Part shown: piece by piece, positions 9,354-18,106 of the stretch
How positions within the stretch are numbered: position 1 is the first letter of the stretch
Layout: the number at the start of each line of letters is the position of its first letter
Notes under the pieces: model-generated
The model's input: only the letters and a program-made list of their open reading frames with translations
Told to the model about the DNA's origin: nothing
The model's database searches: none
Source of the DNA: Nanobdellota archaeon
GTDB taxonomy: Archaea; Nanobdellota; Nanobdellia; Pacearchaeales; GW2011-AR1
Direction: 5' to 3'
DNA: 64,000 nucleotides
Assembly: GCA_038045185.1 (NCBI GenBank)
Contig: JBBSYO010000022.1
Span: forward strand, 164-64,163
Program-made: the position numbers and the translations under genes

Positions 9354-9862
9354 ACAGAATAAGCAGAACAATCAAACGACGCCGGCACGAAGCAAAAACA
9401 GACTATAACGCCAGATTAAGCCTGCTGATGTCCAAGTCACCACGCCTCGTCGTACGAAAAACTAACAAGTATATCATTGCCCAGATTGTGCGAGCAAGCA
9501 TTGCGCAGGACAGCGTGGTTGTTGGAGTTAGTTCCAAAGACTTGTTGCAGCATGGATGGCCTGGCTCGCATGCAGGCAGCCTGAAGAGCCTGAGCGCAGC
9601 TTATCTGACAGGGCTACTACTCGCTGGAAAAGCAAAATCATCAACACCGCAGGCTATTTTGGATATTGGAATGCAGAGAAATGTTAAAAATGGCCGCGTT
9701 TATGCAGCCTTACGGGGTGTTGTCGACGGCGGCTTGAGCGTGCCGCACAATGCGAGCGCCCTGCCTGATGACAAACGATTGGAAAGCAATCCGCGCACAC
9801 GTGAACTATTCATAAAGCTGAAAGGAAATTTACACCATGGCAGAAAAGGAAACAAAGAATAA
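9350..9862 (+). CDS. rpl18: 50S ribosomal protein L18 (uL18)
   Basis: 170 aa; RLVVRKTNKYIIAQIV... is L18-like. Confidence 0.83.
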   Translation: MNRISRTIKRRRHEAKTDYNARLSLLMSKSPRLVVRKTNKYIIAQIVRASIAQDSVVVGVSSKDLLQHGWPGSHAGSLKSLSAAYLTGLLLAGKAKSSTPQAILDIGMQRNVKNGRVYAALRGVVDGGLSVPHNASALPDDKRLESNPRTRELFIKLKGNLHHGRKGNKE

Positions 9863-10616
9863 ACCGAAAGACCTGATTGAAGCAGTGCCTGAAGAGATTC
9901 AGAAACTTGGCAATGATGGTTCTATTGCAGCAGAAGCTCAGCCGGAAGTTTCTCCTGAAGAGCGCGATCGGGCGAATCGCGTTGATGCCTGGGCGCCTAA
10001 AACGCAAATCGGGCGCGATGTTAAATCTGGAAAAGAAACTGATATTGATAATATTCTTAACTTGCGAAAGAAAATCCTTGAGCCTGAAATTGTGGACAGC
10101 CTGCTTAAGCTTGAAAGCGACCTGATATTAATAGGGCAGGCAAAGGGAAAGTTTGGCGGCGGAAAACGGCGCGCCTGGCGCCAGACGCAGCGCAAGACCA
10201 TGGAAGGAAATGTTGTTTCGTTTTCGGCAATGGTTGTGGTTGGGGATAAGAAAGGTCATGTGGGTGTTGGCCTCGGAAAAGGCAAGGAAACAAAACCCGC
10301 ACGGGAGAAAGCGCAACGGGAAGCAAGACTTAGCATACAACGCATTGAGTTAGGATGTGGTCACTTTGACTGTTCGTGCAGTGAGAAACATAGCATTCCA
10401 TTTATTGTACAAGGCAAGTGCGGCAGCGTTCGCGTGAAGCTGATGCCTGCTCCGCAGGGAACAGGTCTTGTAGTTGGAGACCAGTTGAAAAAGCTATTGC
10501 GACTCGCCGGCATAAAAGACATCTATGGGGTAACTGATGGACAGACGCGCACCACGTTTAATGCTGTCAAGGCGTGTTTCTACGCTCTCTTGAAGACAAC
10601 TGAGGTGAAAAGATGA
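9837..10616 (+). CDS. rps5: 30S ribosomal protein S5 (uS5)
   Basis: 259 aa; VVVGDKKGHVGVGLGKGKE ... GTGLVVGDQLKKLLRLAGIKD; contains the Cys cluster CGHFDCSC. Confidence 0.88.
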   Translation: MAEKETKNKPKDLIEAVPEEIQKLGNDGSIAAEAQPEVSPEERDRANRVDAWAPKTQIGRDVKSGKETDIDNILNLRKKILEPEIVDSLLKLESDLILIGQAKGKFGGGKRRAWRQTQRKTMEGNVVSFSAMVVVGDKKGHVGVGLGKGKETKPAREKAQREARLSIQRIELGCGHFDCSCSEKHSIPFIVQGKCGSVRVKLMPAPQGTGLVVGDQLKKLLRLAGIKDIYGVTDGQTRTTFNAVKACFYALLKTTEVKR

Positions 10617-11029
10617 TTTTGGCGATACGCATTTCTGGCATGGTGAGCATAAATCACGACGCGCAAGAGACAATGTATCGCATGCGATTGCGGCGCAAGT
10701 ATGCAGCGACGCTTATTGCAGACACGCCCCAGAACAGAAAGATGCTTGAAGGTGTGAGAAACTTTATTGCATATGGAGATATTTCCAAAGAGATGCTGCA
10801 AGAACTTCTGGAGAAAAGAGCTGAGCCTCTGAAGGGAAAGAAAATTGATGTTGAACAAGTTATGTCGCAGATTGATAAAAAGAGATTAGATGAACTTGGA
10901 GTAAAGCCGTTCTTTAGGCTGCATCCGCCACGCGGAGGCATTGAGAGCAAGAGGCACTTTGGCACTGGAAGGGGCGTTCTTGGAAATCATAAAGATGCTA
11001 TCGATAAATTAGTGGGGCGGATGTTATGA
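10613..11029 (+). CDS. rpl30: 50S ribosomal protein L30 (uL30)
   Basis: 138 aa; AIRISGMVSINHDAQETMYRMRLRRKYAATL is an L30 ferredoxin-like fold. Confidence 0.83.
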   Translation: MILAIRISGMVSINHDAQETMYRMRLRRKYAATLIADTPQNRKMLEGVRNFIAYGDISKEMLQELLEKRAEPLKGKKIDVEQVMSQIDKKRLDELGVKPFFRLHPPRGGIESKRHFGTGRGVLGNHKDAIDKLVGRML

Positions 11030-11478
11030 AACTGAAAAAAAGACGCAAGTTTTCCCGTTGGAGGGGCTCGCGCACGCATGGACGAGGCAGGAAAAATCGT
11101 ACACGCGGCTCTGGAAATCAAGGCGGTGTAGGCATGTCAGGCACTGGCAAGCGCGGCGACCAGAAGAAAACCCTTGTGATTAATCTTTATGGCAATGACT
11201 ATTTCGGCAAGGACAAAACTTTACGCAGAGGAAGGCGTGCGCGCATACAGAGCATAACTCTGCGGAGCATCTTAGACACGCTTTCCACGATGGTGAAGAA
11301 AGGCACGGCAAAGCAGGAGAAAGGACATTACGTTGTAGATTTGAATAATTACAAGATTATTGGCAATGATAAACTGTCTATCGCACTCAAAATCAGCGCG
11401 CGCGCGGCCACGCAGTCCGCCAAAGATGCTGTTGCGAAGGCTGGCGGGGAGATTAGCACTGTGAATAAAAGTAAGTAG
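11026..11478 (+). CDS. rpl15: 50S ribosomal protein L15 (uL15)
   Basis: 150 aa; Gly/Arg-rich N-terminus RGSRTHGRGRKNRTRGSGNQGG typical of L15. Confidence 0.85.
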   Translation: MKLKKRRKFSRWRGSRTHGRGRKNRTRGSGNQGGVGMSGTGKRGDQKKTLVINLYGNDYFGKDKTLRRGRRARIQSITLRSILDTLSTMVKKGTAKQEKGHYVVDLNNYKIIGNDKLSIALKISARAATQSAKDAVAKAGGEISTVNKSK

Positions 11479-11550
11479 TTGCAAAGAAGAAGAGATGTTG
11501 TGCCACTGCCGTCGTCTGGGTTCAGCGTGTATTTTCGAGGGGATGCGGGC

Positions 11551-11892
11551 TTAATTGAAACCTGTTGGACCGATTGTTCTCAAGATGTGCTTTATCTCTT
11601 CGATGACTTTTTGTTGTTCCTTCTTATCTGACATTCTCACAAATCGTATTAGTAAGTCAGTTAATGCTTCTTGATTAAAAACTCGGATCTTATGAGAATC
11701 TGTAATAAAATAAAACCTAAAACCCTCATATTTCAGTTCTTTTACTACAATTCCTCCCACATGGCCAAGAGACTTTCCTTTAGATGGAGAGTGTTCCAAA
11801 GACCGCAGATGTTCTAGTATTTCAATAGAATTTCCTTTAAATCGCTTATAAATTTCCTCTTTTAAGGAAGGTACAATTTCTACTTTGGCCAT
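11551..11892 (-). CDS. hypothetical small protein; possible RelE/ParE-HigB-like toxin of an inserted two-gene module
   Basis: 113 aa; AT-rich; 13-nt overlap with the upstream small ORF; beta-rich C-terminal segment GFRFYFITDSHKIRVFN loosely resembles RelE/HigB-type toxins. Confidence 0.35.
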   Translation of the reverse strand: MAKVEIVPSLKEEIYKRFKGNSIEILEHLRSLEHSPSKGKSLGHVGGIVVKELKYEGFRFYFITDSHKIRVFNQEALTDLLIRFVRMSDKKEQQKVIEEIKHILRTIGPTGFN

Positions 11893-12080
11893 TTTTTCTT
11901 AGCTTCAGCGATTGCTTCTTCAATAGGTATTGCATCTCCTTCAAATAAGAACTGGCGTAGCTGCTCTTTAACAGCCATTGAATATAGGTGATTGATTATG
12001 TCATCATAAGAATCTCCTTTAGTTCCGAATGATTGGAGCTTCTTTTTTGTACTCTCATTGACTTGTATTGTAGTTGCCAT
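11880..12080 (-). CDS. putative antitoxin-like small protein (ribbon-helix-helix/VapB-DUF217-like)
   Basis: 66 aa; TIQVNESTKKKLQSFGTKGDSYDDIINHL resembles archaeal putative RHH antitoxins; overlaps the downstream ORF. Confidence 0.4.
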   Translation of the reverse strand: MATTIQVNESTKKKLQSFGTKGDSYDDIINHLYSMAVKEQLRQFLFEGDAIPIEEAIAEAKKKWPK

Positions 12081-12109
12081 AGTTTCTATAGTAGCTATAG
12101 TTGCTATAT

Positions 12110-12382
12110 TTATAAAGATTTCGGTGATGCTTTTCTTGCTTTTCTTCTTAAAATCAAAAGTCTCAGTTTTTTATTCCATCTTTTAACATCAAAATAGTTT
12201 GAGAAGTGCATATGCTCGTCTCTCAGCATTTTTCTATCGTCACAACCTCTTACTCCGTCTCTATAATCAAGCCAATCGTTCCAATATGGTTGAGGCTCTA
12301 GTCCTTCTTTAATAAGGATCTCTTTTTTATTTTTAAATCTTGGAGTTTTTCTTCCACTATGTCTTCTTGTTTTGCTATTCAC
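12110..12382 (-). CDS. hypothetical basic protein
   Basis: 90 aa; AT-rich; Arg/Lys-rich; third minus-strand ORF of the insertion between rpl15 and secY. Confidence 0.3.
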   Translation of the reverse strand: MNSKTRRHSGRKTPRFKNKKEILIKEGLEPQPYWNDWLDYRDGVRGCDDRKMLRDEHMHFSNYFDVKRWNKKLRLLILRRKARKASPKSL

Positions 12383-12518
12383 TTATTTAGAAGCCAATTA
12401 AAATATATAATTTTAAGCTGTAACTCTGTAATAGAAATTTTTTACAAGTCAGTCAAAAATGACCAGTTGGTCTTATGCTCCCGCCGAGCCCAACCCTGCA
12501 AAAACCCATTATCAAGAT

Positions 12519-12529
12519 ACGTTTAAAAA
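12519..12529 (+). promoter_or_regulatory. TATA-like box (GTTTAAAAAGT) upstream of secY
   Basis: AT box about 25 nt upstream of the secY ATG at 12551, giving archaeal leaderless spacing. Confidence 0.4.
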
Positions 12530-12550
12530 GTCTTTTTTTGTAAAGCACTG

Positions 12551-13936
12551 ATGGGATTGCAAGAAATTATTTCCTATTTGCCAGAGGTGCGCAAGCCAGT
12601 TGAGAAGAAAGTAAGTTTCAACGTTAAGCTGCGCTGGACGCTCGTTATTATGGGGGCGTTCTTTATTCTTTATAATATTCCCTTGCATGGGCTGAGCAAT
12701 AATGCGCTGGAACGTTTTCGATATTTAGCAGTGCTGTTTGGCACGGACTTTGGAAGCGTCATTAGCTTAGGCATCGGGCCGATTGTTATGTCATCGATTA
12801 TCCTGCAGCTGCTCGTAGGCTCTGGAATTCTGACGATTAACACAAAAACAGAAGAAGGCAAGAAATTGTATCAGGGCTTGCAGAAACTTGGAGTTCTTTT
12901 CTTCATTGTGTTTGAAGCGATGGTGTATGTTCTTATGCAGGGATTGCAGGCAGCTCCGGGCTTTACTGGTATTTTGATTATTCAACTTATACTTGGAGGA
13001 CTGGCGATTATGTTCATGGACGAGGTTGTTAGCAAGTGGGGATTTGGTTCAGGCGTGTCGCTCTTCATCGTTGCAGGTGTTGCATTGAATCTGTTCACAG
13101 GACTGTTCCAGTTTATTGGTCCTACTGGAACCAGCTGCCTCACTGATTTTGGAACAACAGCGTGCACAGGCAAGGTGCTGGTCGTGCTACAATCAATTAT
13201 TAACGGGGCTCCGCGCGAGGCACTTTTAGCATTCGCGATTATTGCGATTACTGCTGCTCTTTTCTTAGGCATTGTATGGGCGCAGAGTTTGAAGATTGAA
13301 CTGCCACTTAGCTTTGATCGTCTGCGAGGGCATATGGTAAAGTGGCCGTTGCCGCTATTCTATGCTTCGAACATTCCAGTTATCCTGGTTGCGGCGCTTG
13401 TTGCAAATCTGCAGCTGTTTGCAGGCCTGATTGAAGGATGGTTGGGTCGTGCTACGTTCCTCGGTACTTTTTCCAATGGAGTTCCTGTTGCAGGATTTGC
13501 GTACTGGATTGGAAGCACAGATTTGGTAACCTCTGTAATTACAGGAAGCCTGCAGACATCGCATATTTTTCAGGCGGTAACGCACCTCGTGTTCTACATT
13601 TTGCTGTCTATTATGTTCTCGGTATTTTGGGTTAAGACTGCAGGTATGGATGCCGCAAGCATTGCGCGCAATATCATGGCCTCTGGATTGCAGATTCCTG
13701 GATTCAGAAAAGACGAGCGCGTGCTTGAGAGCATTTTAAGCAGATATGTGATGCCATTAACCATTATGGGGGGCATCGCTGTCGGGGCGCTTGCCGCGAT
13801 TGCAGACTTGTTCGGAGTTTTGACCTCTGGAACATCACTCTTGCTTGCTATTACCATAACTTACCAATTGTTCCAGAATATCGCGCAGCAGCATGCGGTC
13901 GACATGCATCCTGCGCTGCGCAAATTCGTCGGATAA
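12551..13936 (+). CDS. secY: preprotein translocase subunit SecY
   Basis: 461 aa; 10-TM profile and SecY signature regions; canonical position after rpl15. Confidence 0.93.
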   Translation: MGLQEIISYLPEVRKPVEKKVSFNVKLRWTLVIMGAFFILYNIPLHGLSNNALERFRYLAVLFGTDFGSVISLGIGPIVMSSIILQLLVGSGILTINTKTEEGKKLYQGLQKLGVLFFIVFEAMVYVLMQGLQAAPGFTGILIIQLILGGLAIMFMDEVVSKWGFGSGVSLFIVAGVALNLFTGLFQFIGPTGTSCLTDFGTTACTGKVLVVLQSIINGAPREALLAFAIIAITAALFLGIVWAQSLKIELPLSFDRLRGHMVKWPLPLFYASNIPVILVAALVANLQLFAGLIEGWLGRATFLGTFSNGVPVAGFAYWIGSTDLVTSVITGSLQTSHIFQAVTHLVFYILLSIMFSVFWVKTAGMDAASIARNIMASGLQIPGFRKDERVLESILSRYVMPLTIMGGIAVGALAAIADLFGVLTSGTSLLLAITITYQLFQNIAQQHAVDMHPALRKFVG

Positions 13937-13987
13937 ATTGCTTGGGAAGGTCAATAAGTTTAAATAGGATTTTCAGCTCAAAAGAAT

Positions 13988-14389
13988 ATGCCTCTTACCA
14001 CTCTTGTAAACGCGTATCCGCTCGCTAGTGTCGTCACGATTTCAGCACTTGTTTCATTCTTTATTTCATTAGTAAACTATTTTGTACTGGACAAGGAGCG
14101 TATGCGCGAGCTTAAGGAAAAGCAGAAATCGCTTCAAAGCGAGATAAAAAACCAGCCTGATTCCCAGAAAAAGATGGAGCTAACCAACCAGATGCTCAAG
14201 CACAGCATGGAAACCATGAAGCACTCCATGAAGCCTGCGCTAATAACGATGATTCCTCTTTTGATTATATTCTGGTTTATCAAGGGAATGTTTGAGACGA
14301 CTTCGCTTGCAGGAAGCTGGATATGGTACTACATTGGGAGTGCTTTGGCATTTAGTCTGGTCTTCAGAAAACTTTTTAAACTGCCTTAA
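13988..14389 (+). CDS. DUF106/EMC3-Oxa1-like membrane insertase family protein
   Basis: 133 aa; TM-coiled coil-TM architecture resembles archaeal DUF106 (YidC/EMC3-like) proteins, which are usually found near secY. Confidence 0.55.
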   Translation: MPLTTLVNAYPLASVVTISALVSFFISLVNYFVLDKERMRELKEKQKSLQSEIKNQPDSQKKMELTNQMLKHSMETMKHSMKPALITMIPLLIIFWFIKGMFETTSLAGSWIWYYIGSALAFSLVFRKLFKLP

Positions 14390-14402
14390 GTGCTTTGCGT
14401 TC

Positions 14403-14801
14403 ATGGAACAGGAATTATTTGCGCGCGCGCAAATCGCTTATCAGCAAGCCCAAGCGCATGAGGAACGGCTCGGATTTATCAATCAGCAGATTCAGGAAAT
14501 GGAAGAATTTAATTCTGGCTTGAAACAACTCGCGCATAACAAGCAAGGAGAGATTTTAGCATCTTTAGGAAAGGGCGTTTTTGTAAAGACTAAAAGAATT
14601 GAGCAGGATTTTTTTGTTGATGTTGGATCACAGGTGTTCGTCAAAAGAAATCTTTCTGACATACAAATGACACTTGGCGAGCAAATTAATCGTCTTACCG
14701 AATTGCGAGAAGAAATAAAAGAAGAACTGGCTGACTTAAAGCAGGATCTGAGCGAGATGATGGAGTCAGTTGAACCTGTTCAGAAGCACAAAACTATTTA
14801 A
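14403..14801 (+). CDS. prefoldin subunit (alpha-like)
   Basis: 132 aa from an internal ATG; coiled coils flank the beta-hairpin region ASLGKGVFVKTKRIEQDFFVDVGSQVFVKRNL, which matches the prefoldin signature. Confidence 0.55.
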   Translation: MEQELFARAQIAYQQAQAHEERLGFINQQIQEMEEFNSGLKQLAHNKQGEILASLGKGVFVKTKRIEQDFFVDVGSQVFVKRNLSDIQMTLGEQINRLTELREEIKEELADLKQDLSEMMESVEPVQKHKTI

Positions 14802-14832
14802 GCGTCTGAAGGGTAAATCGATTAAGTGCAAT

Positions 14833-15693
14833 ATGTTAGAGATGATTATCGGTCCAAAAAAGGCTGAACGACGACCGTGGGAAATGTTCTTCATTGGACT
14901 GTTCTATGCCAGTGCTTCAATATTGCTTGTTAATTGGATTTTTTCCCGTGATGCAGTATTGATGAAATATTCTGGTGTGCTTGTTGTCACTTTTACTGTG
15001 ATGTTCTCCCTGCCTTTCGTATATTATCTAATCAAGCTTGAGGAAAAGAAAGCGGTTTCTAATTTGGGCGCTTTCCCATTGCTCAAAGAACACCGAAAGG
15101 CACTCTGGGCTTTCCTCTGGCTTTTTGTTGGTTTCGTAGTAGCTTACTCGTTCTGGTATATACTTTTGCCGACGACGCAGAGCTTCAAGGCCCAAGTTGA
15201 GACGTATTGCGCGATTAATCGACCGGCAGAATACGATGGCTGCTTAGCTCAATACGGGGGAGCTAAAGGCGTGCAGCAGACGGCTTTTGCTGGCAACAAG
15301 GAACGGCTTTTCCTTATTTTTGCGAACAATATTTATGTGCTTATATTTACAATAGTGTTCTCCTTGTTATTTGGGGCGGGAGCTATCTTTATCTTAGCAT
15401 GGAACGCGAGCGTCATAGCGGCAGCCATAAGCATTTTTACGCGGTCGAGTCTTGCGGAGTTGCCGATAGGGCTCGTGAGGTATATGATTCACGGACTGCC
15501 TGAAATAGCAGCATACTTTATTGCAGCGATGGCAGGAGGAATTATTTCAGTAGCAGTTATACGCCATGAAGCTACGTCTGACCGATTCTGGAATATTCTG
15601 CAGGACTCGCTTAATCTTATTATCGCGGCGGTACTTGTGCTTTTCCTTGCTGCGCTGATGGAAGTGTTTCTGACGCCGCTGCTCTTTAATTGA
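14833..15693 (+). CDS. SpoIIM/DUF95-like integral membrane protein
   Basis: about 287 aa from the ATG at 14833; multiple TM helices; C-terminal HGLPEIAAYFIAAMAGG motif typical of the COG1300 family. Confidence 0.45.
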   Translation: MLEMIIGPKKAERRPWEMFFIGLFYASASILLVNWIFSRDAVLMKYSGVLVVTFTVMFSLPFVYYLIKLEEKKAVSNLGAFPLLKEHRKALWAFLWLFVGFVVAYSFWYILLPTTQSFKAQVETYCAINRPAEYDGCLAQYGGAKGVQQTAFAGNKERLFLIFANNIYVLIFTIVFSLLFGAGAIFILAWNASVIAAAISIFTRSSLAELPIGLVRYMIHGLPEIAAYFIAAMAGGIISVAVIRHEATSDRFWNILQDSLNLIIAAVLVLFLAALMEVFLTPLLFN

Positions 15694-15726
15694 AAGATTT
15701 ATATAAGTCCTGAGACGCTAAGCTTT

Positions 15727-15879
15727 GTGGAACAAGTATGCCGTCATTGTCGATACCGTTATGAGGGACTTAACCCTAAAAAAACGTGTCCTTATTGCGG
15801 CGAAACTGGTCTCGTTACGGTTGAAGGGGCAGAGGATCTTATTGATGACCTTAATAAATCACGAATAATTCTTGCATAA
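15727..15879 (+). CDS. possible small zinc-ribbon protein (GTG start)
   Basis: 50 aa ORF with CRHC...CPYC (two CxxC pairs); no ATG, so a GTG start is assumed; overlaps the possible TTG start of the next gene. Confidence 0.25.
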   Translation: MEQVCRHCRYRYEGLNPKKTCPYCGETGLVTVEGAEDLIDDLNKSRIILA

Positions 15880-15880
15880 C

Positions 15881-16894
15881 ATGATAGCCATTTACCCCCT
15901 TGTATTGTTTGCCGTCAGTTTTTTTCTTACTCTTATTATAATGCCTTATTGGATACGGAAAGCTCATCAAATAAAGTTGGTTTGGGGAGACATGAACAAA
16001 TATGAAAGCCGTCTTGTCGCTGGCTCTGGAGGAGTAATTGTTCTGGGCAGCTTTATTGTTGGGGTTTTGTTTTTTATTGCCTATCGAATATTCTATTTGC
16101 AGGTCTCGGATTATTTGGTTGAAATATTGAGTTTGCTTGTGACTATGACGTTATTGGGAGGCATCGGTCTTATTGATGACCTGTTGGGATGGCAACACGG
16201 AGGATTATCACGGCGCTCGCGCATCCTGCTCGTCAGTCTTGCTTCGCTGCCCCTTATGGCGATAAATGCCGGAAAGGCAAGCATGGATTTACCTGTCTTG
16301 GGCGTGGTTGACTTCGGTCTTGTCTACCCTTTAGTTTTAATCCCGTTGGGAATTGCTGGTGCGTCTGCTACTTTTAATTTCCTTGCGGGTTTTAACGGTC
16401 TGGAAGCTGGACAAGGAATATTAATATTGGGCGCGTTGAGTGTTGCTGCCTACTTCACAGGGAATCATTGGTTGGCAGTTATTGGAATTTGCATGATTGC
16501 AAGCCTCCTCGGATTTTTGCTATTTAACTTCTTTCCTGCGCAAGTTTTTCCTGGTGATTGTTTAACATATCCTGTTGGGGGCATGATTGCAATTATGGCA
16601 ATATTGGGAAATTTCGAGAAGATTGCTGTCTGGTTCTTCATTCCGGTGATAATCGAAGTTGTGCTAAAGGCAAGGGGGCGGTTTGTCAAGCCGTCGTTCG
16701 GTAAGCCGCAGAAGAACGGTTCACTTGAGACTCCTTACCCAGAATTGTATGGATTGACACATGTAGCCCTTTGGGTGCAGAAGCGGCTCGGACTAGTGCC
16801 TACTGAACGCAGAGCAGTACTTCTTATTTGGGGATTCCAACTAATTATTATTCTTATTGGCTTCATCATTTTTAGAGGAGGAGTATTCTCTTAA
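15881..16894 (+). CDS. aglH: UDP-GlcNAc:dolichyl-phosphate GlcNAc-1-phosphate transferase (AglH/Alg7/GPT, MraY-WecA family)
   Basis: about 337 aa from ATG 15881 (ORF track uses TTG 15872); polytopic; DDLLG and FNFLAGFNGLEAG motifs of the GT4/MraY family. Confidence 0.8.
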   Translation: MIAIYPLVLFAVSFFLTLIIMPYWIRKAHQIKLVWGDMNKYESRLVAGSGGVIVLGSFIVGVLFFIAYRIFYLQVSDYLVEILSLLVTMTLLGGIGLIDDLLGWQHGGLSRRSRILLVSLASLPLMAINAGKASMDLPVLGVVDFGLVYPLVLIPLGIAGASATFNFLAGFNGLEAGQGILILGALSVAAYFTGNHWLAVIGICMIASLLGFLLFNFFPAQVFPGDCLTYPVGGMIAIMAILGNFEKIAVWFFIPVIIEVVLKARGRFVKPSFGKPQKNGSLETPYPELYGLTHVALWVQKRLGLVPTERRAVLLIWGFQLIIILIGFIIFRGGVFS

Positions 16895-18106
16895 ATGTTT
16901 AACAGAGAGTTTATTCGTGGCGGCCTCATTCTCGTTTTTTGTTTTGGCGTAGCCAACCTCATCAATTTTGCGTTTCACTTAAGCATGGCTAGATTTTTGA
17001 GCGTTGCGGATTATGGTCTGCTCGCAACACTTTTAGCCATCATCTATCTGCTTTCAATTTTATCAGAGTCTGTTCAGACCATTGTCTCAAAAAACGCTAG
17101 TAATAAAGAAGTTGATGTTCTTGGGGTAATGAATCGGTCTATGCGAAAAATGATGCGCCCCGCATTATTGCTATTCGCAACTTATCTAATTGTGTCTATA
17201 CCCTTGTCCGTCTTTCTCGATATCCCTTACTTCCTTCTTTCTCTAAACGGATTAATGATATTTGGTTCACTTTATATGCCAATTAACCGCGGATTGCTTC
17301 AGGGAAAAAAGAGGTTTCTGCCTCTCGGAGGCAACATGGTTATAGAGTCTGTCGGCAAGTTGGCTCTTTCTCTTGTTCTCGTTATAATTGGGTTTGCAGT
17401 ATATGGTGCAATTATCGGGGGTCTGCTAGGGGCCGGACTCGCTTATGCCGTGTCTTTTATCAACCTCAAGCCCCTATTCAATCGCAGCAAGAAGTTGGTT
17501 AAGAAAGAAATAGAATATAATTACGATAAAAAATCTTTCCTTACGATATTTTCTATAATGACTTTCTTTGCTATTGACATCGTTGTGGCGCGAATAGTTT
17601 TTGAGCCAAGCGTTGTTGGGACATATGCAATTGCGTCTACTATTGCCAAGACTATATTCTTTGCAACGATGCCGGTGGGCAAGGCAATGTTTTCATTTAC
17701 TGCTGAAAAATCCAGCGCGGAAAAATCTGAGAAAGTCTTTCTCAATGCACTAACATTTATTGGTTTTGGGATAATTGTTGCCTTAACCATGTTTTATTTC
17801 TTCCCCGGCTTGTGGGTGTTTATCTTTTCTGGTAAGCATTTACCGCTGGCGGCAGGTTCGCTCTTTATCCTTGGCATAGCTTATAGCCTAATTAGTCTTA
17901 CGAATCTGGTTCTTCTTTATAAAATTTCTATCGGCAATGTGCGCCACATATGGCTTATCGTCCTAATGCCAGTTATAGAAGTTGTGCTTCTATTCATTTT
18001 CTCTAAAAACATAATGCAATTTTCATTTGCCCTTGTAACGAGTTCAGCGTTGTTCTTGTGGGTTTCCCTTAGCAGCGATTATAGTTATAGTAGAAGACAT
18101 AAATAA
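16895..18106 (+). CDS. polytopic membrane protein, probable oligosaccharide flippase (Wzx/MATE-like)
   Basis: 403 aa, about 10-12 TM helices; located between aglH and the glycosyltransferase genes; family assignment is tentative. Confidence 0.45.
   Translation: MFNREFIRGGLILVFCFGVANLINFAFHLSMARFLSVADYGLLATLLAIIYLLSILSESVQTIVSKNASNKEVDVLGVMNRSMRKMMRPALLLFATYLIVSIPLSVFLDIPYFLLSLNGLMIFGSLYMPINRGLLQGKKRFLPLGGNMVIESVGKLALSLVLVIIGFAVYGAIIGGLLGAGLAYAVSFINLKPLFNRSKKLVKKEIEYNYDKKSFLTIFSIMTFFAIDIVVARIVFEPSVVGTYAIASTIAKTIFFATMPVGKAMFSFTAEKSSAEKSEKVFLNALTFIGFGIIVALTMFYFFPGLWVFIFSGKHLPLAAGSLFILGIAYSLISLTNLVLLYKISIGNVRHIWLIVLMPVIEVVLLFIFSKNIMQFSFALVTSSALFLWVSLSSDYSYSRRHK

Noticed and set aside
9877-10340. 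Several 60-90 aa ORFs in alternate frames within rps5
   Set aside because: They are shadow ORFs inside a conserved ribosomal gene.
10350-10400. Cys cluster (CGHFDCSCSEKH) in ribosomal protein S5
   Set aside because: It could be a zinc-knuckle insertion, but archaeal and eukaryote-type S5 homologues may carry Cys-rich inserts at this loop. Without alignment it cannot be called anomalous.
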